A DNA stretch of 64,000 nt from Fibrobacter sp. (GCA_017530965.1 JAFXLS010000156.1:4410-68409), one strand, 5' to 3'; positions 32,758-42,526 are shown, counted from the first letter of the stretch. The notes: generated by a model from the letters alone, not told the origin. Made by a program: numbers and translations.

Positions 32758-33717
32758 TTATTTGAGGGCCAACCCTTCAGAGATGATCTCTTCCGGAATG
32801 CCTTTAGAACGGAAATATTCAGCCATTTTCAATTTTTGCGCATCGTTCTTTTCGCGTTCTTGCTTAACTCCTTTTTCGATGCCTTTTTCAACGCCGCAGG
32901 CTTCGCCCTTGAAGAAGGCATCCGCTTCAAGTACTTCGTATTCGTGACGATCGAACATGTTTGCCTCCAATGCTTTCAAAAATTCAGGTTTTACGCGGCT
33001 AACGCGCAGACGGTTGCGGGCGGCCTCGAAGATCGGGTCCTCAGTTGAGGGAACCTGGAGCGGGCCTCTCGAAATGAGCCGGAGCCAGAAATCCTCGCGG
33101 GAGCCAACTCCCTTGCGCAACCGCACGAAGTTAGGCAGATCAATAACAATATACTTATTTTTCGGGAAAAGCGGTAGAGCATTTCCCGTCCTGACGTCGC
33201 ACTCGCTATAGACGGACCAAATGTCCTTGAAGATATCCTTCGACTTGAGAATCGGGAAATTGCAGAGCCAAATGGAAACCGTTTCGGGAAGTTCATAGTA
33301 GCGGCGTTTACGCTCTTCTTCCGACAGGTTCTTAAACCGTTCCGAACGGTTGTACTCGTACTTACCGCGCAAGGTAAGGTCCGCATTGTAAATCTGCATT
33401 CGATCGAACAGGAACGAGTGCACCTTGTTCTGGAGCTCAATGTTCAGGTACCGATTGTCTCTGGTCGAGACCCACACGTCGAGACGCGAGGGATCGTCTT
33501 CCGGCATGAATATGTCGATGGGTTTCTCGAATTCGTATTCGAGATCCGTAATTTCGTGGTCATGATCCAGCTGGAGCAAACTGTTGAGCACATCGCGGAT
33601 GGTGTCCTTGTCATCCATCAGGATGCGGAAGGTCTCAGAATAGTTGGGCAGCAGGAATTCCTCGCCCAGTTCATTCGTGACAATATACTTTTTGTTTCGA
33701 TTAGCATTATTAAGCAT
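32758..33717 (-). CDS. Rpn/PD-(D/E)XK nuclease-family protein
   Basis: SRLDV...LNIELQ catalytic motif, IVIDLP and C-terminal EKGIEKG repeats. Confidence 0.85.
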   Translation of the reverse strand: MLNNANRNKKYIVTNELGEEFLLPNYSETFRILMDDKDTIRDVLNSLLQLDHDHEITDLEYEFEKPIDIFMPEDDPSRLDVWVSTRDNRYLNIELQNKVHSFLFDRMQIYNADLTLRGKYEYNRSERFKNLSEEERKRRYYELPETVSIWLCNFPILKSKDIFKDIWSVYSECDVRTGNALPLFPKNKYIVIDLPNFVRLRKGVGSREDFWLRLISRGPLQVPSTEDPIFEAARNRLRVSRVKPEFLKALEANMFDRHEYEVLEADAFFKGEACGVEKGIEKGVKQEREKNDAQKLKMAEYFRSKGIPEEIISEGLALK

Positions 33718-33817
33718 GTTTTTCCTTTCGTGTTAAGTTATGGAATACCCCCTCTTTCTTAACACGCTTTTTTCAGGCAACCGAAGCCAAGTTTTTTGTA
33801 AAACTTTTGTAAAAACG

Positions 33818-33839
33818 AAAAAAACCCGGTTGAACCGGG
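33818..33839 (-). terminator. Intrinsic terminator of rpn gene 2
   Basis: CCCGG-TTCAA-CCGGG followed by T7. Confidence 0.8.
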
Positions 33840-33860
33840 CCGTCATGAACTATTTAAAGG

Positions 33861-34817
33861 TTATTTTCCAAGCTTAGCTTTTATCGCAAGGACTTCTTCT
33901 TCAGAAAGCTTAGAGATGCGCACGACCTTTTCGACGGAATCACCTTCTGCGAGCATGGCTGCAGCCATTTCTCGACGTTCTTTGACGCGGCCTTCTGCAC
34001 GGCCCTCTTCAAGGCCTTCGGCTCGAGCATGTTTTTTCTCTACATAGAGTTCGTAATCGTGGTCGCTCATTTTCATAGCCTCACTTACAAGATAGTCCTC
34101 TGTAAAATTACATAATTTTGCTTTTTCTTGCAACAAGGCAAACTGCGAGTCCCTTGGCACAGACACAGGGCACTCATTATTCAGCCCATCAAGAACTCGA
34201 AGCCACTGAGCAAAATAGCTCTTATCAGAAGCATATTTACCCTTCAAAAACTTAGGCACCTCAACAAGGGTAATGGTCTGCTTTTTGAAAAATTCTTCAT
34301 TTTCCTGATTTTTGAGTCGTATCGTATGCAGATAATTGTCCGACTTAGGGAAAGCGTCAAACATCTGAAGACTGATAAGATTCAGATTTCTCAAGTTGTA
34401 GTGCTGTCCCCTTACAAGATTGGCAATCGTATGCTTTGCCGCATAATAAACCAAACGTCCATTGAATGTTTCATCCTCTACATGTTGAACTTCCAACACA
34501 ATACGATCAAGACGCTGATCCTTCGCCACAACATCCGAAGCGATTTTTTTGTTAAATGCAGCAGGAAGTTCTGCATTTACAAAAGAAAGATGTTCAATAC
34601 AGTCACTGCCATAAAGATGAAGCGCCGCATTGAGAAAATCCACCGCAATCGATTCATTATCAGGGGATCCAAAAAGCAACTTGAATATGGAATCGTTATA
34701 GAGATAAACATATTTGTAAAGGTTATTATATTTCGCAATGCAAGCGGCAACATCACCTTCTTGCTTGTGAATGTCACAGATTTCCTTAAGCATGCCTGCG
34801 TATTGTTCTTTATTCAT
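33861..34817 (-). CDS. Rpn/PD-(D/E)XK nuclease-family protein
   Basis: NDSIFKLLFG, SDV...VLEVQ, VEVPKF and C-terminal RAEGLEEGRAEG repeats. Confidence 0.88.
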   Translation of the reverse strand: MNKEQYAGMLKEICDIHKQEGDVAACIAKYNNLYKYVYLYNDSIFKLLFGSPDNESIAVDFLNAALHLYGSDCIEHLSFVNAELPAAFNKKIASDVVAKDQRLDRIVLEVQHVEDETFNGRLVYYAAKHTIANLVRGQHYNLRNLNLISLQMFDAFPKSDNYLHTIRLKNQENEEFFKKQTITLVEVPKFLKGKYASDKSYFAQWLRVLDGLNNECPVSVPRDSQFALLQEKAKLCNFTEDYLVSEAMKMSDHDYELYVEKKHARAEGLEEGRAEGRVKERREMAAAMLAEGDSVEKVVRISKLSEEEVLAIKAKLGK

Positions 34818-34904
34818 AAAGAAGCCTTTGCTTTTTACAGCAGTTTATTCGCGTACGTTACAAAACATACACGAGCGTTGTTTAAATGATGGTTGTTTTA
34901 TTTG

Positions 34905-35065
34905 AAGCCGATCGCTAAGCGAGTCGGTATATGTATCGCAGCGCATTCCGCATGGGTTTTCCAAGGCCAGGGCTTTCGCTTCCGTCAAAACCGGATCTAC
35001 GACTGCGAGTAGGAATGTTCCCGCCCGTGGATGCGTACGCCTCGGTCAGCGGGATTAGCTAACAT
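34905..35065 (-). ncRNA. Putative structured RNA / 5' leader upstream of rpn gene 2
   Basis: GC-rich intergenic island with several complementary segments, a GC-GAAA-GC tetraloop and a TATATTGT promoter-like box at 35071-78. Confidence 0.5.
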
Positions 35066-35079
35066 CGACAACAATATAC

Positions 35080-35112
35080 AAAAAAAGCATTGATATCGGG
35101 AATATCAATGCT
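35080..35112 (-). terminator. Intrinsic terminator of the glycoside hydrolase operon
   Basis: AGCATTGATAT/ATATCAATGCT stem followed by a T-tract. Confidence 0.85.
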
Positions 35113-35129
35113 CAAAATTTACGGCAACT

Positions 35130-38051
35130 TTACCGCAGTCGTCGCAGGCCGCGGGGCATCGGGACTTCGGTGCCGTCTTCTTGCAACAGGTAAATGTTGT
35201 CGAGGCTAATGTAGCCTGTACCGCTGTAACGGGCACGCCACGAGAAGTTCTTGATTTGCTTCGGGTCCAGCTGCGGGATCGTCTTGCCCCAGCCTTCTTG
35301 CTTCATGTTTTCCCAAATGAGGGTATCGCGGACCCAGCTGCCGTGGGTGTTTTTCAGGCGCACCATGAATTCATCGTAATCCTTAACCTGATTGCTCGCG
35401 ATTTGCACTTCAAAGTAGCCATCGGGATTGCTGTGGTTTGTGGCGTAGTCGAACACGATGCCCACCGAGTTGTGAACCTCTTCGGGAATCACGTAGTAGG
35501 CGCCGGCAAAGTTCGGCCAGCCCTGTGCAGGCGGCTGTTCAATCATAAAGTCGTGGCGGATAAAGCCGCCATGCGGGGGCGCTCCGTTAAAGACTTTCGC
35601 GCCAATAGTCGTTGCATTATCTCCATTTGCGACCGGGAACCAATCGACGGCATCGAGGCCGTTATCAAAGTTCTGCATCACGCTGGTGGTGCGGTAGGCA
35701 CCGCGAATACGGAACGAGATCTTGAACACCGTCGACTTTTGACCAAGACCGGAAATTTTCAACACGGCAGTCGCCGGGCCCAGCTTGACATTGGCCGGGA
35801 AAGGCACCTTGACATGGAAACTTTCAATAGAAGCATTCCACTTGCCGTCATCGGGAGCAATCACCTTTGAAATTCCTAGTTCAGGAATCGTGAGCACACT
35901 TCCGATCAGTTGACCGTTTTCTTGAACCACCGTTCCAAACAGGTCAAGCGTATCACTTGCAAGGAGCACCTTCTTTTCAAGAGCCGCCGCCAACACCTTG
36001 GGTTCTGCGGCAGCCTCGCCCGAAGTCACTTGCGGATTAATTTGTACAACAGCGAGCCCAAACGGCGGCACCGTAATGTCCTTGCTCTTACTCGGGTTAA
36101 TGCGGCGACCGCTCGGGCCCATTTTCGGATACGGATACGCATTCTGCGAAGTGCCCATCCACTTGAACTGATTTTCGCCAAAGATTTCGACCTGCGTACG
36201 AACAAGATCGCCCTTGCCGACTTCTTTAGAATTGCCCTTGACGCTTGCGCGGTCAATCTGCACCACCTGCGGAGCATCCGACAAGTTCACAATCATCACG
36301 CGGGCAGAATCGCCCTTGCCAATCGCATACGCCTCTACGTCGGGGCTCGTGCTTTTTACTGGCAACACCGCATAGCCATTTTCAAGGAAATCCTTGAAGG
36401 TCATGTAGAGGCCATAATATTCCGCGGTCGGTTCCAGGGACTTCCAATAATTCCAGGAGCCTTCTTTAAGAAGAGCGGTCATACTGATCGTGCCCCAAGT
36501 ATCATCGGGGCCTTTAAACAAGTTACCGAAAGCATCCCACGGGAGCACCTGCAAGCGATTTCCAAATCGCATGGCATGCTGAGCAAAAATGCTCGCCACG
36601 GCAGAAGCCTGCGGGTAATCCATAAGCAGGCTAAAGCCCTGCACGCAGGTACTGAATTCCGAAAGGAACACGCCGCGTTCGCCCTCGAGATGGCGTTTCA
36701 TCCACACATTGAGCGTATCCATATTCGGGCCCACGTCGAGCATGGCCTTGAGCATTTCGGCAGGCTTCGGTTCGTTGGGCGTCCAGTACGGGTAATTGTG
36801 CAAGTCGACGACGTCGAGGTAGCGCTTGCCATCCTTCTTTTCGGCCTCGCCCACAATGCGCAGGAATTCTTCCATCCAGTACTTGCCATCGAGCAAGCCG
36901 GCACCCTTCTGCTGCATTTTGTGCGTGCTGAACAGCGGGCCGTGCAGAATGATGGTCGAATCCACCGCCTTCATGGCGCGGGCGTATTCCAGAAAACGCG
37001 CCGCGTAATGCCTTGCCGAAATCGGGCCGGATTCTTCCCATTCGCCGTCGAGTTCGTTGCCGATTTGCCATTGCTTAATGTTGTAGCCTTTTACTTTATT
37101 TGCATAACGCACCCAGGCGGCAGCTTCCTTCGAAGTACCCGTGCCTGCATTCACGCAAATCACAGCCTTTGCGTTCGGGAGCATTTTGATGTACTTCATG
37201 AATTCTTCAAAATCCCACTTGATGTCGGTCCAGTCGGTGCGGGCCTTGTCGCCGTTGCGGGTCGACATGGCGTAGAACTTGTAGTTATTGCCGCCGAGCA
37301 GGTCGGTTTCGCCGCTATAAAGCTTCATTTCGCGAATCTGCACGCCCTTGCCCGGCAAATCCGTCGTCTTGAATCGAATGGCCACGTAGCGGGTACGGAA
37401 TTTAGACTTGTACTTGGTCGAAGCGCCATTCACCTTGACCACTTTTTCAAGTTTCAGCTTATTTTCGAGAGCCTGGTGCACGCCCGGATATTCAGCGTAA
37501 TCTTCGGTCCAGTAGGCAATTTCAAAAGCCTTCGGGCGAAGCGTTCCCCAATCGATTTCCAGCGAATCGACATCGACCTTTTCGGGAAATTCCACCACGA
37601 CCCAAGGCGGGTCCACCGGGTCCAGGATTTCACCCCACCACATGGTTTCCATGTTGCCGTCTGCCAGGTGACTGCGGCGCACAAAGCCGTAGTTGTCCTT
37701 GGTGGTGCCGCGGTAAATCGTTTCGCCCAAGAAACCGCGAGCCCACTTGTTCTCGTCAGCGGTCCAGAGGCCCGTGCTATCGTAGCTACCGATACCGTTC
37801 CAGTGGTAATCATTGGAAAGCGACCCGTTGGGGAATCGGAACAATGTGTAACCGCCATCGACCAGTGCAGACGTCATATCGTAATAGCGGCTCGGCGGAT
37901 TCCAAATCGCCAAGTCCGCAGACATCATGTTTTCTTTATTGATGACGACACCCGGATGCAAGTCATCGACCTTGATGACATTCTGGGCGGCAAAAGCGGC
38001 GGAACCCAGAGAAAGCCCCGCCAAGGCAGCAACAACAAAACGATTTTTCAT
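35130..38051 (-). CDS. Secreted multidomain clan GH-A glycoside hydrolase (GH44/GH51-like) with inserted discoidin-like and C-terminal CBM-like domains
   Basis: Signal peptide; FRFPNGSLSNDYHW, WQIGNELDG (acid/base) and FLSEF (nucleophile); LADGNMETMWW..VVEF..TRYVAIRF..IREM insert; C-terminal galactose-binding-like domain. Confidence 0.75.
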   Translation of the reverse strand: MKNRFVVAALAGLSLGSAAFAAQNVIKVDDLHPGVVINKENMMSADLAIWNPPSRYYDMTSALVDGGYTLFRFPNGSLSNDYHWNGIGSYDSTGLWTADENKWARGFLGETIYRGTTKDNYGFVRRSHLADGNMETMWWGEILDPVDPPWVVVEFPEKVDVDSLEIDWGTLRPKAFEIAYWTEDYAEYPGVHQALENKLKLEKVVKVNGASTKYKSKFRTRYVAIRFKTTDLPGKGVQIREMKLYSGETDLLGGNNYKFYAMSTRNGDKARTDWTDIKWDFEEFMKYIKMLPNAKAVICVNAGTGTSKEAAAWVRYANKVKGYNIKQWQIGNELDGEWEESGPISARHYAARFLEYARAMKAVDSTIILHGPLFSTHKMQQKGAGLLDGKYWMEEFLRIVGEAEKKDGKRYLDVVDLHNYPYWTPNEPKPAEMLKAMLDVGPNMDTLNVWMKRHLEGERGVFLSEFSTCVQGFSLLMDYPQASAVASIFAQHAMRFGNRLQVLPWDAFGNLFKGPDDTWGTISMTALLKEGSWNYWKSLEPTAEYYGLYMTFKDFLENGYAVLPVKSTSPDVEAYAIGKGDSARVMIVNLSDAPQVVQIDRASVKGNSKEVGKGDLVRTQVEIFGENQFKWMGTSQNAYPYPKMGPSGRRINPSKSKDITVPPFGLAVVQINPQVTSGEAAAEPKVLAAALEKKVLLASDTLDLFGTVVQENGQLIGSVLTIPELGISKVIAPDDGKWNASIESFHVKVPFPANVKLGPATAVLKISGLGQKSTVFKISFRIRGAYRTTSVMQNFDNGLDAVDWFPVANGDNATTIGAKVFNGAPPHGGFIRHDFMIEQPPAQGWPNFAGAYYVIPEEVHNSVGIVFDYATNHSNPDGYFEVQIASNQVKDYDEFMVRLKNTHGSWVRDTLIWENMKQEGWGKTIPQLDPKQIKNFSWRARYSGTGYISLDNIYLLQEDGTEVPMPRGLRRLR

Positions 38052-38060
38052 AGTAACTTT

Positions 38061-39914
38061 TTACTTGATTCTGTGGCCATTCAGGTTGAAACGCTTGCCG
38101 TTCTTTTCGACATAGAGCATTTGGTCTGCAAAGCGGAGCTGCGGGCCCTGCTTCACATTTGCCTTGCGAGCGACAACAGGCTTGATTGCAGCGGTACGGG
38201 CAACGCCTGCGGCAGCAAAGCTCGGGGCATAGCCGTGGTTGATTGCTTCGATAGCACCGGCAAGGTAGGCAAAGGGAGCGTTCCAGTTGATAGCCACTTC
38301 GTTGGTGGCATAACTGCAATTGTTGTCGATATAAGAAGTTGCAGCATAGCCTGTTCGGTAATCATTGCATTCCCAAGATTCCTTTTTCGACATATCTTTA
38401 GGAATATCTTCGCCACCGGGCTGCGGGCCACCCACCAACATCCCAGGAATCGGCGGAGTCACCTTATCAGAAGTACTGGGGCGGTGGTGCGGTTTCATCG
38501 GGGTCTTTGTACCATAACCCGTCAAGAAAGACATATCCAGCGGATTCTTGCCCAGCAAGTAGTCAAGAACCTTGACTGCAGCCTGGTAATACTTCTTTTC
38601 TCCCGTCAGGTAATAGGCATGCAACAGCCAAACGCCCTGGTTGGCAGCCACGGCATTGGAGCCCCACACAAAATCATCCTTGGCCATTACGACACCGAAA
38701 CCCTTCTGTGCACGGGCCGCAAAGTCATCAGCCACCTTAAGCAAGCTATCCTTTGCAGCTTGGGCAACATTGCCAAATTCAGGGGCATGGGTCACCATGC
38801 CGTAGGTAGCGAGACCACCCACATCAGCCCAGCTGGGGATATTTGCCGAGGCGTCATTGGGCTTGTAAGTCGCATCGCCGGTAGAAATGAAAAGCTCCGA
38901 ACCAGCGAACAGCTTTTCATCTTCCAGCCAGTTGTCGCCATATTCACCGGTCTGCACGCCGGTGGGGTTGTGGTAAGCCTTATTCGGGTTCTGGGCACCC
39001 CAGGCATATGCCTTCTTGGCGGCTTCAAGGCACTTGCTTGCATACGCGGCATCGAAGGGCTTGTACACGCGGGCCGCCGTTGCCATCACAGCCGCAAAGT
39101 CAAATGCCGCAGCAGTGCCCTTACCGATTACATAAAGCGGATCGGTATCGTTCGCAGGCATCACGTCTCCCGGGAAGCCGAGAGAGGTCAACTTGTGATA
39201 CACGCCGCCATCGGAAGCCTGCATGGTAAGCATCCAATCCAGGTTATACTTGATTTCGACAAGCAGGTCCGGGAGAGAGCCTTCAGCCGGGATGTTCCAC
39301 TTGAGCGTATTGAAATAATTGGGGAAATGTTCGTAAAGCGAAAGGAGCGTGTAGGTGGTAATGCCCGAATTCACGATATAGCGACCGTAGTCACCAGCAT
39401 CGTACCAGCCCTTTGTCGAATTGATTGTTCCAGATTCGCCTGTAGAATTGTGAAGTTGCACGCTGGCATTGGTATGGCCAGCAGCACGTTTCCACTGTCC
39501 CGCATAAGTTTCATCAAGGGCCATGGATGCACGCTGGTAGTAATACCACTTCAAAGACGCCTTGACCACGTCTTCATAGGTTTTATCAGCAACCTTCAAA
39601 TCGGAACGAACAACTTGGCCACCCACCTTAATGGAATAAGTGCCCGGAGTTTTCAAGTCCGAGATGTCGACCAGCTGCACATTTTGCCCACTGGGCACCC
39701 AATTCGAAACAGCCGAAGGAGTCGCCGTCAAAGCGATAGCACCCGTCGCATCGGTAATTTCCACATTGCCACTACCATCTACCAGGGCAATTTCTTTTGC
39801 GTCGCCGGGGCGATAGCCCACCTGGTTAATGTAAGCCGTGGCAGCAGAAGCAACCGTTGCAAATGAAAGAATTGCAGCAAGGGGTATATACTGCTTTAAA
39901 CCAAATTTGAGCAT
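38061..39914 (-). CDS. GH9 endoglucanase with N-terminal Ig-like domain and basic C-terminal tail
   Basis: INQVGY, GWYDAGDY, PHHRPS and YATNEVAINWNA motifs; GGAG RBS before ATG 39914. Confidence 0.94.
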   Translation of the reverse strand: MLKFGLKQYIPLAAILSFATVASAATAYINQVGYRPGDAKEIALVDGSGNVEITDATGAIALTATPSAVSNWVPSGQNVQLVDISDLKTPGTYSIKVGGQVVRSDLKVADKTYEDVVKASLKWYYYQRASMALDETYAGQWKRAAGHTNASVQLHNSTGESGTINSTKGWYDAGDYGRYIVNSGITTYTLLSLYEHFPNYFNTLKWNIPAEGSLPDLLVEIKYNLDWMLTMQASDGGVYHKLTSLGFPGDVMPANDTDPLYVIGKGTAAAFDFAAVMATAARVYKPFDAAYASKCLEAAKKAYAWGAQNPNKAYHNPTGVQTGEYGDNWLEDEKLFAGSELFISTGDATYKPNDASANIPSWADVGGLATYGMVTHAPEFGNVAQAAKDSLLKVADDFAARAQKGFGVVMAKDDFVWGSNAVAANQGVWLLHAYYLTGEKKYYQAAVKVLDYLLGKNPLDMSFLTGYGTKTPMKPHHRPSTSDKVTPPIPGMLVGGPQPGGEDIPKDMSKKESWECNDYRTGYAATSYIDNNCSYATNEVAINWNAPFAYLAGAIEAINHGYAPSFAAAGVARTAAIKPVVARKANVKQGPQLRFADQMLYVEKNGKRFNLNGHRIK

Positions 39915-40010
39915 CTCAAGCACTCCTTTTATTTTTTTACAAATATACCCCAAAAAACGCGTAAAAGAGTCCTTTTACGCGAAAAAATGGATACACGTGT
40001 ACCCATTGTT

Positions 40011-41273
40011 CTATTTTTTTGCGAATTTTAGGCTTTTTTGTATTCCAGATGGGAATGTTACAACAATGGCGTAATTCCCGGAAGGCAGCGCAGACAAATC
40101 TAGGGAGCCCCTAAACGAGCCTCGCCAAGCAACCGCCCCGTTCATGGAGACGATGGCAAAACGAAATTCCCCTATTCCATAGGCCACCAGTTTATTCCCG
40201 ATCAAGCCGACCTTAGCCAACTGAGTATAATCCTTGGGCAGGCGAGTCAGGGAATCCGTCGCCGATGAATCCTGTTTCAAGGAATCAACCTTCACGGAGT
40301 CCGTTGATGTTGTGTCACCCACAGTATCTATAGAGGCAAGCTTATTTGCACGAGCCGTGTTAAAGAATTCTACCATTTTGCTCAAGGTTGAGTCGACATA
40401 CATTTCGCTGCCGCCATGGGTTCCGCCCTCTACCACGATACGTTCAGTCACCACATTGTATTTTTTCAGGGAATCGTAAAGTTCCTCACTCTGTTCCAGA
40501 TTCACAATCTGATCTTTCGTCCCATGGAACATTATGGTTGGAGGATCGTCTTCGCTCGCATAGTAGGGCGAACTGGCAACCATCCATTTATCCTTGTTGC
40601 CTTCGCGCTCGGCACCGATAAAGGCACCTTCGTAGGTTCCGTGGCCCATAAAATTATTGATAGGATTCATCGTGTAAATATCAGTCGGCGGAGACCAAAG
40701 CGAAGCTGCATCAACACAGCTACTGAACTTGGTGAACTCCCCTAGGGAGCCCACCAAGTCCACCGTTACAGAACCGGACTTGCCTTCTTTCAAGCCACAG
40801 GTTGTAGCGACCAAACTGGAGAGATGTCCGCCCGACGAAAATCCGGACATAGCGATAAACGATGTATCGATTTTGTATTTCGCCGCATTACCGCGAATAA
40901 AGCGCACTACGGCCTTAAGATCATGCAACTGCGCCGGGTAAATGGCATCGCTTGCAGAACGGTGATTCGGAGTCACTACAGCATACCCCGCTTTCAGGAG
41001 TGCCGCACAAATGGTATTCAAATCCGCGGAGCCCTTCATATTGTTCATACTCCAGGCACTACCGTAAGTGTGAATCACCACCGGGTAAGCATCCTTCGTT
41101 TCTTTGGGCAAGTAGATGTCCAGTGTATGGTAGGCCTTTTCGTCGCCCGCGTAGTTCAGATCAGCGAACTTTTCGGAATACTCTATTTTGCCATTACCCT
41201 GCTGGCCGCCAAAGCCCTGGGCGAACGCCGAAACGGCTACAGCAAGACATGCGACTGCTATAATTTTGTTCAT
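40011..41273 (-). CDS. Secreted alpha/beta-hydrolase (esterase) with T9SS-like C-terminal domain
   Basis: LDIYLP, GFSSGG nucleophile elbow, HGTKD; Ser/Thr/Asp linker; LPSGNYAIV..K C-terminus. Confidence 0.82.
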   Translation of the reverse strand: MNKIIAVACLAVAVSAFAQGFGGQQGNGKIEYSEKFADLNYAGDEKAYHTLDIYLPKETKDAYPVVIHTYGSAWSMNNMKGSADLNTICAALLKAGYAVVTPNHRSASDAIYPAQLHDLKAVVRFIRGNAAKYKIDTSFIAMSGFSSGGHLSSLVATTCGLKEGKSGSVTVDLVGSLGEFTKFSSCVDAASLWSPPTDIYTMNPINNFMGHGTYEGAFIGAEREGNKDKWMVASSPYYASEDDPPTIMFHGTKDQIVNLEQSEELYDSLKKYNVVTERIVVEGGTHGGSEMYVDSTLSKMVEFFNTARANKLASIDTVGDTTSTDSVKVDSLKQDSSATDSLTRLPKDYTQLAKVGLIGNKLVAYGIGEFRFAIVSMNGAVAWRGSFRGSLDLSALPSGNYAIVVTFPSGIQKSLKFAKK

Positions 41274-41321
41274 ACTCAATCCTTTTCCAAACAGGCAAAA
41301 TGCCTATAAAATAATATAATC

Positions 41322-41350
41322 AAAAAAAGCCGTCCCTTTTCCGGGCGGCT
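41322..41350 (-). terminator. Intrinsic terminator downstream of dxr
   Basis: AGCCGCCC/GGGACGGCT stem followed by a T-tract. Confidence 0.75.
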
Positions 41351-41377
41351 CTAAAATTCGTTGTATATGACTACAAC

Positions 41378-42526
41378 TTACTTAATCAGGTCGAGCGTCA
41401 GGCGGCGGGCTTCGGCGTCGGCTTCGAGAACCTGGTCAAGCGTCAGGTGACCGGTCACGTTCGGGGCACCGGCCATAATGGTTTCCACATGGCGCGGGAT
41501 GTCGGTAAACTTGAGGTTACCTTTAAGGAAGGCATCCACCAGCACTTCGTTTGCAGCATTCATCATGGCAGGCACGATACCGCCACGGCGGCCCGCCTCG
41601 AACGCAAGGGCGAGGCAGCGGAACTTGTTGAAGTCCGGTTCGAAGAAGGTCAGTTTCGCGAGCGTCGGCAGGTCGATACGCTTGGTATCGAGCTTGAGAC
41701 GGTCGGGCCACGTGAGCGCCACCTGAATCGGAATGCGCATGTCAGGAGCACCGAGCTGCGCCATCAGAGAACCGTCGCGGAACTGCACCAGCGAATGCAC
41801 CATGGACTGCGGGTGGACCACTACCTTGATCTGGTCGTACGGAATGTGGAACAGGAAGTGAGCTTCGAGAACTTCGAGGCCCTTGTTCATCATGGAAGCA
41901 GAGTCGATGGTAATCTTCTTGCCCATGCTCCACACCGGGTGATTCAAGGCATCGGCCACGGTGATGTTTTCAAACTTTTCAATCGGCCATTCGCGGAACG
42001 GGCCACCGGAAGCCGTAATTTCAAGGAATTCCACTTCATGTTCGCGCTTGCCGCCTTCGAGGCACTGGAAGATAGCGCTGTGTTCGGAGTCAATCGGCGT
42101 GATGAAGGACTTCGGATTTTCAGCAAGCTTGTCCCAAATCACGGGGCCAGCCATGACCATGGTTTCTTTGTTGGCGAGAGCCACATGCTTGCCGTGTTCG
42201 ATAGCGGTAATGGTCGGGAGGCAGCCCACAGCACCCATCAGCGAGTTGATGATGATGTCGGCCTTCGGGTCAGCAGCGAGTTCGCAAAGGCCTTCCATGC
42301 CGGCGAGCACCTTCATGCCAAGTTCTTTTTCGAGTTCCTTGGCGGCAGCTTCGTTGAACATGCACACGCGTTCTACCTTGTACTTGCGCACAATTTCGGC
42401 AACCTTCGCCACACTGCTGTTGGCCGCAACGGCGTAAAGATTGAAAATGTCGGAATGCTGGTGAATGACATCGACGCTAGAAGTACCGATAGAACCGGTT
42501 GCACCGAGAAGAACTACGTTTTTCAT
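41378..42526 (-). CDS. dxr: 1-deoxy-D-xylulose-5-phosphate reductoisomerase
   Basis: LGATGSIG, LANKE, PIDSEHSAIFQ and WSMGKKITIDSA motifs. Confidence 0.97.
   Translation of the reverse strand: MKNVVLLGATGSIGTSSVDVIHQHSDIFNLYAVAANSSVAKVAEIVRKYKVERVCMFNEAAAKELEKELGMKVLAGMEGLCELAADPKADIIINSLMGAVGCLPTITAIEHGKHVALANKETMVMAGPVIWDKLAENPKSFITPIDSEHSAIFQCLEGGKREHEVEFLEITASGGPFREWPIEKFENITVADALNHPVWSMGKKITIDSASMMNKGLEVLEAHFLFHIPYDQIKVVVHPQSMVHSLVQFRDGSLMAQLGAPDMRIPIQVALTWPDRLKLDTKRIDLPTLAKLTFFEPDFNKFRCLALAFEAGRRGGIVPAMMNAANEVLVDAFLKGNLKFTDIPRHVETIMAGAPNVTGHLTLDQVLEADAEARRLTLDLIK

Noticed and set aside
33775-33792. Sigma-54-like TGGC...TTGC upstream of rpn gene 1
   Set aside because: Only 8 nt between GG and GC instead of the required 10
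32758-34817. Rpn genes as IS transposases
   Set aside because: No terminal inverted repeats or target-site duplications seen; the family's transposase label is not supported by any flanking structure here
35040-35052. Hammerhead ribozyme core (CUGA..GA) in the structured leader
   Set aside because: CUGACCGAG does not match CUGANGA, and the GAAA is not in the required junction
35910-39866. 1318-aa plus-strand ORF
   Set aside because: Antisense shadow of the two glycoside hydrolase genes, explained by codon bias; no recognisable motifs
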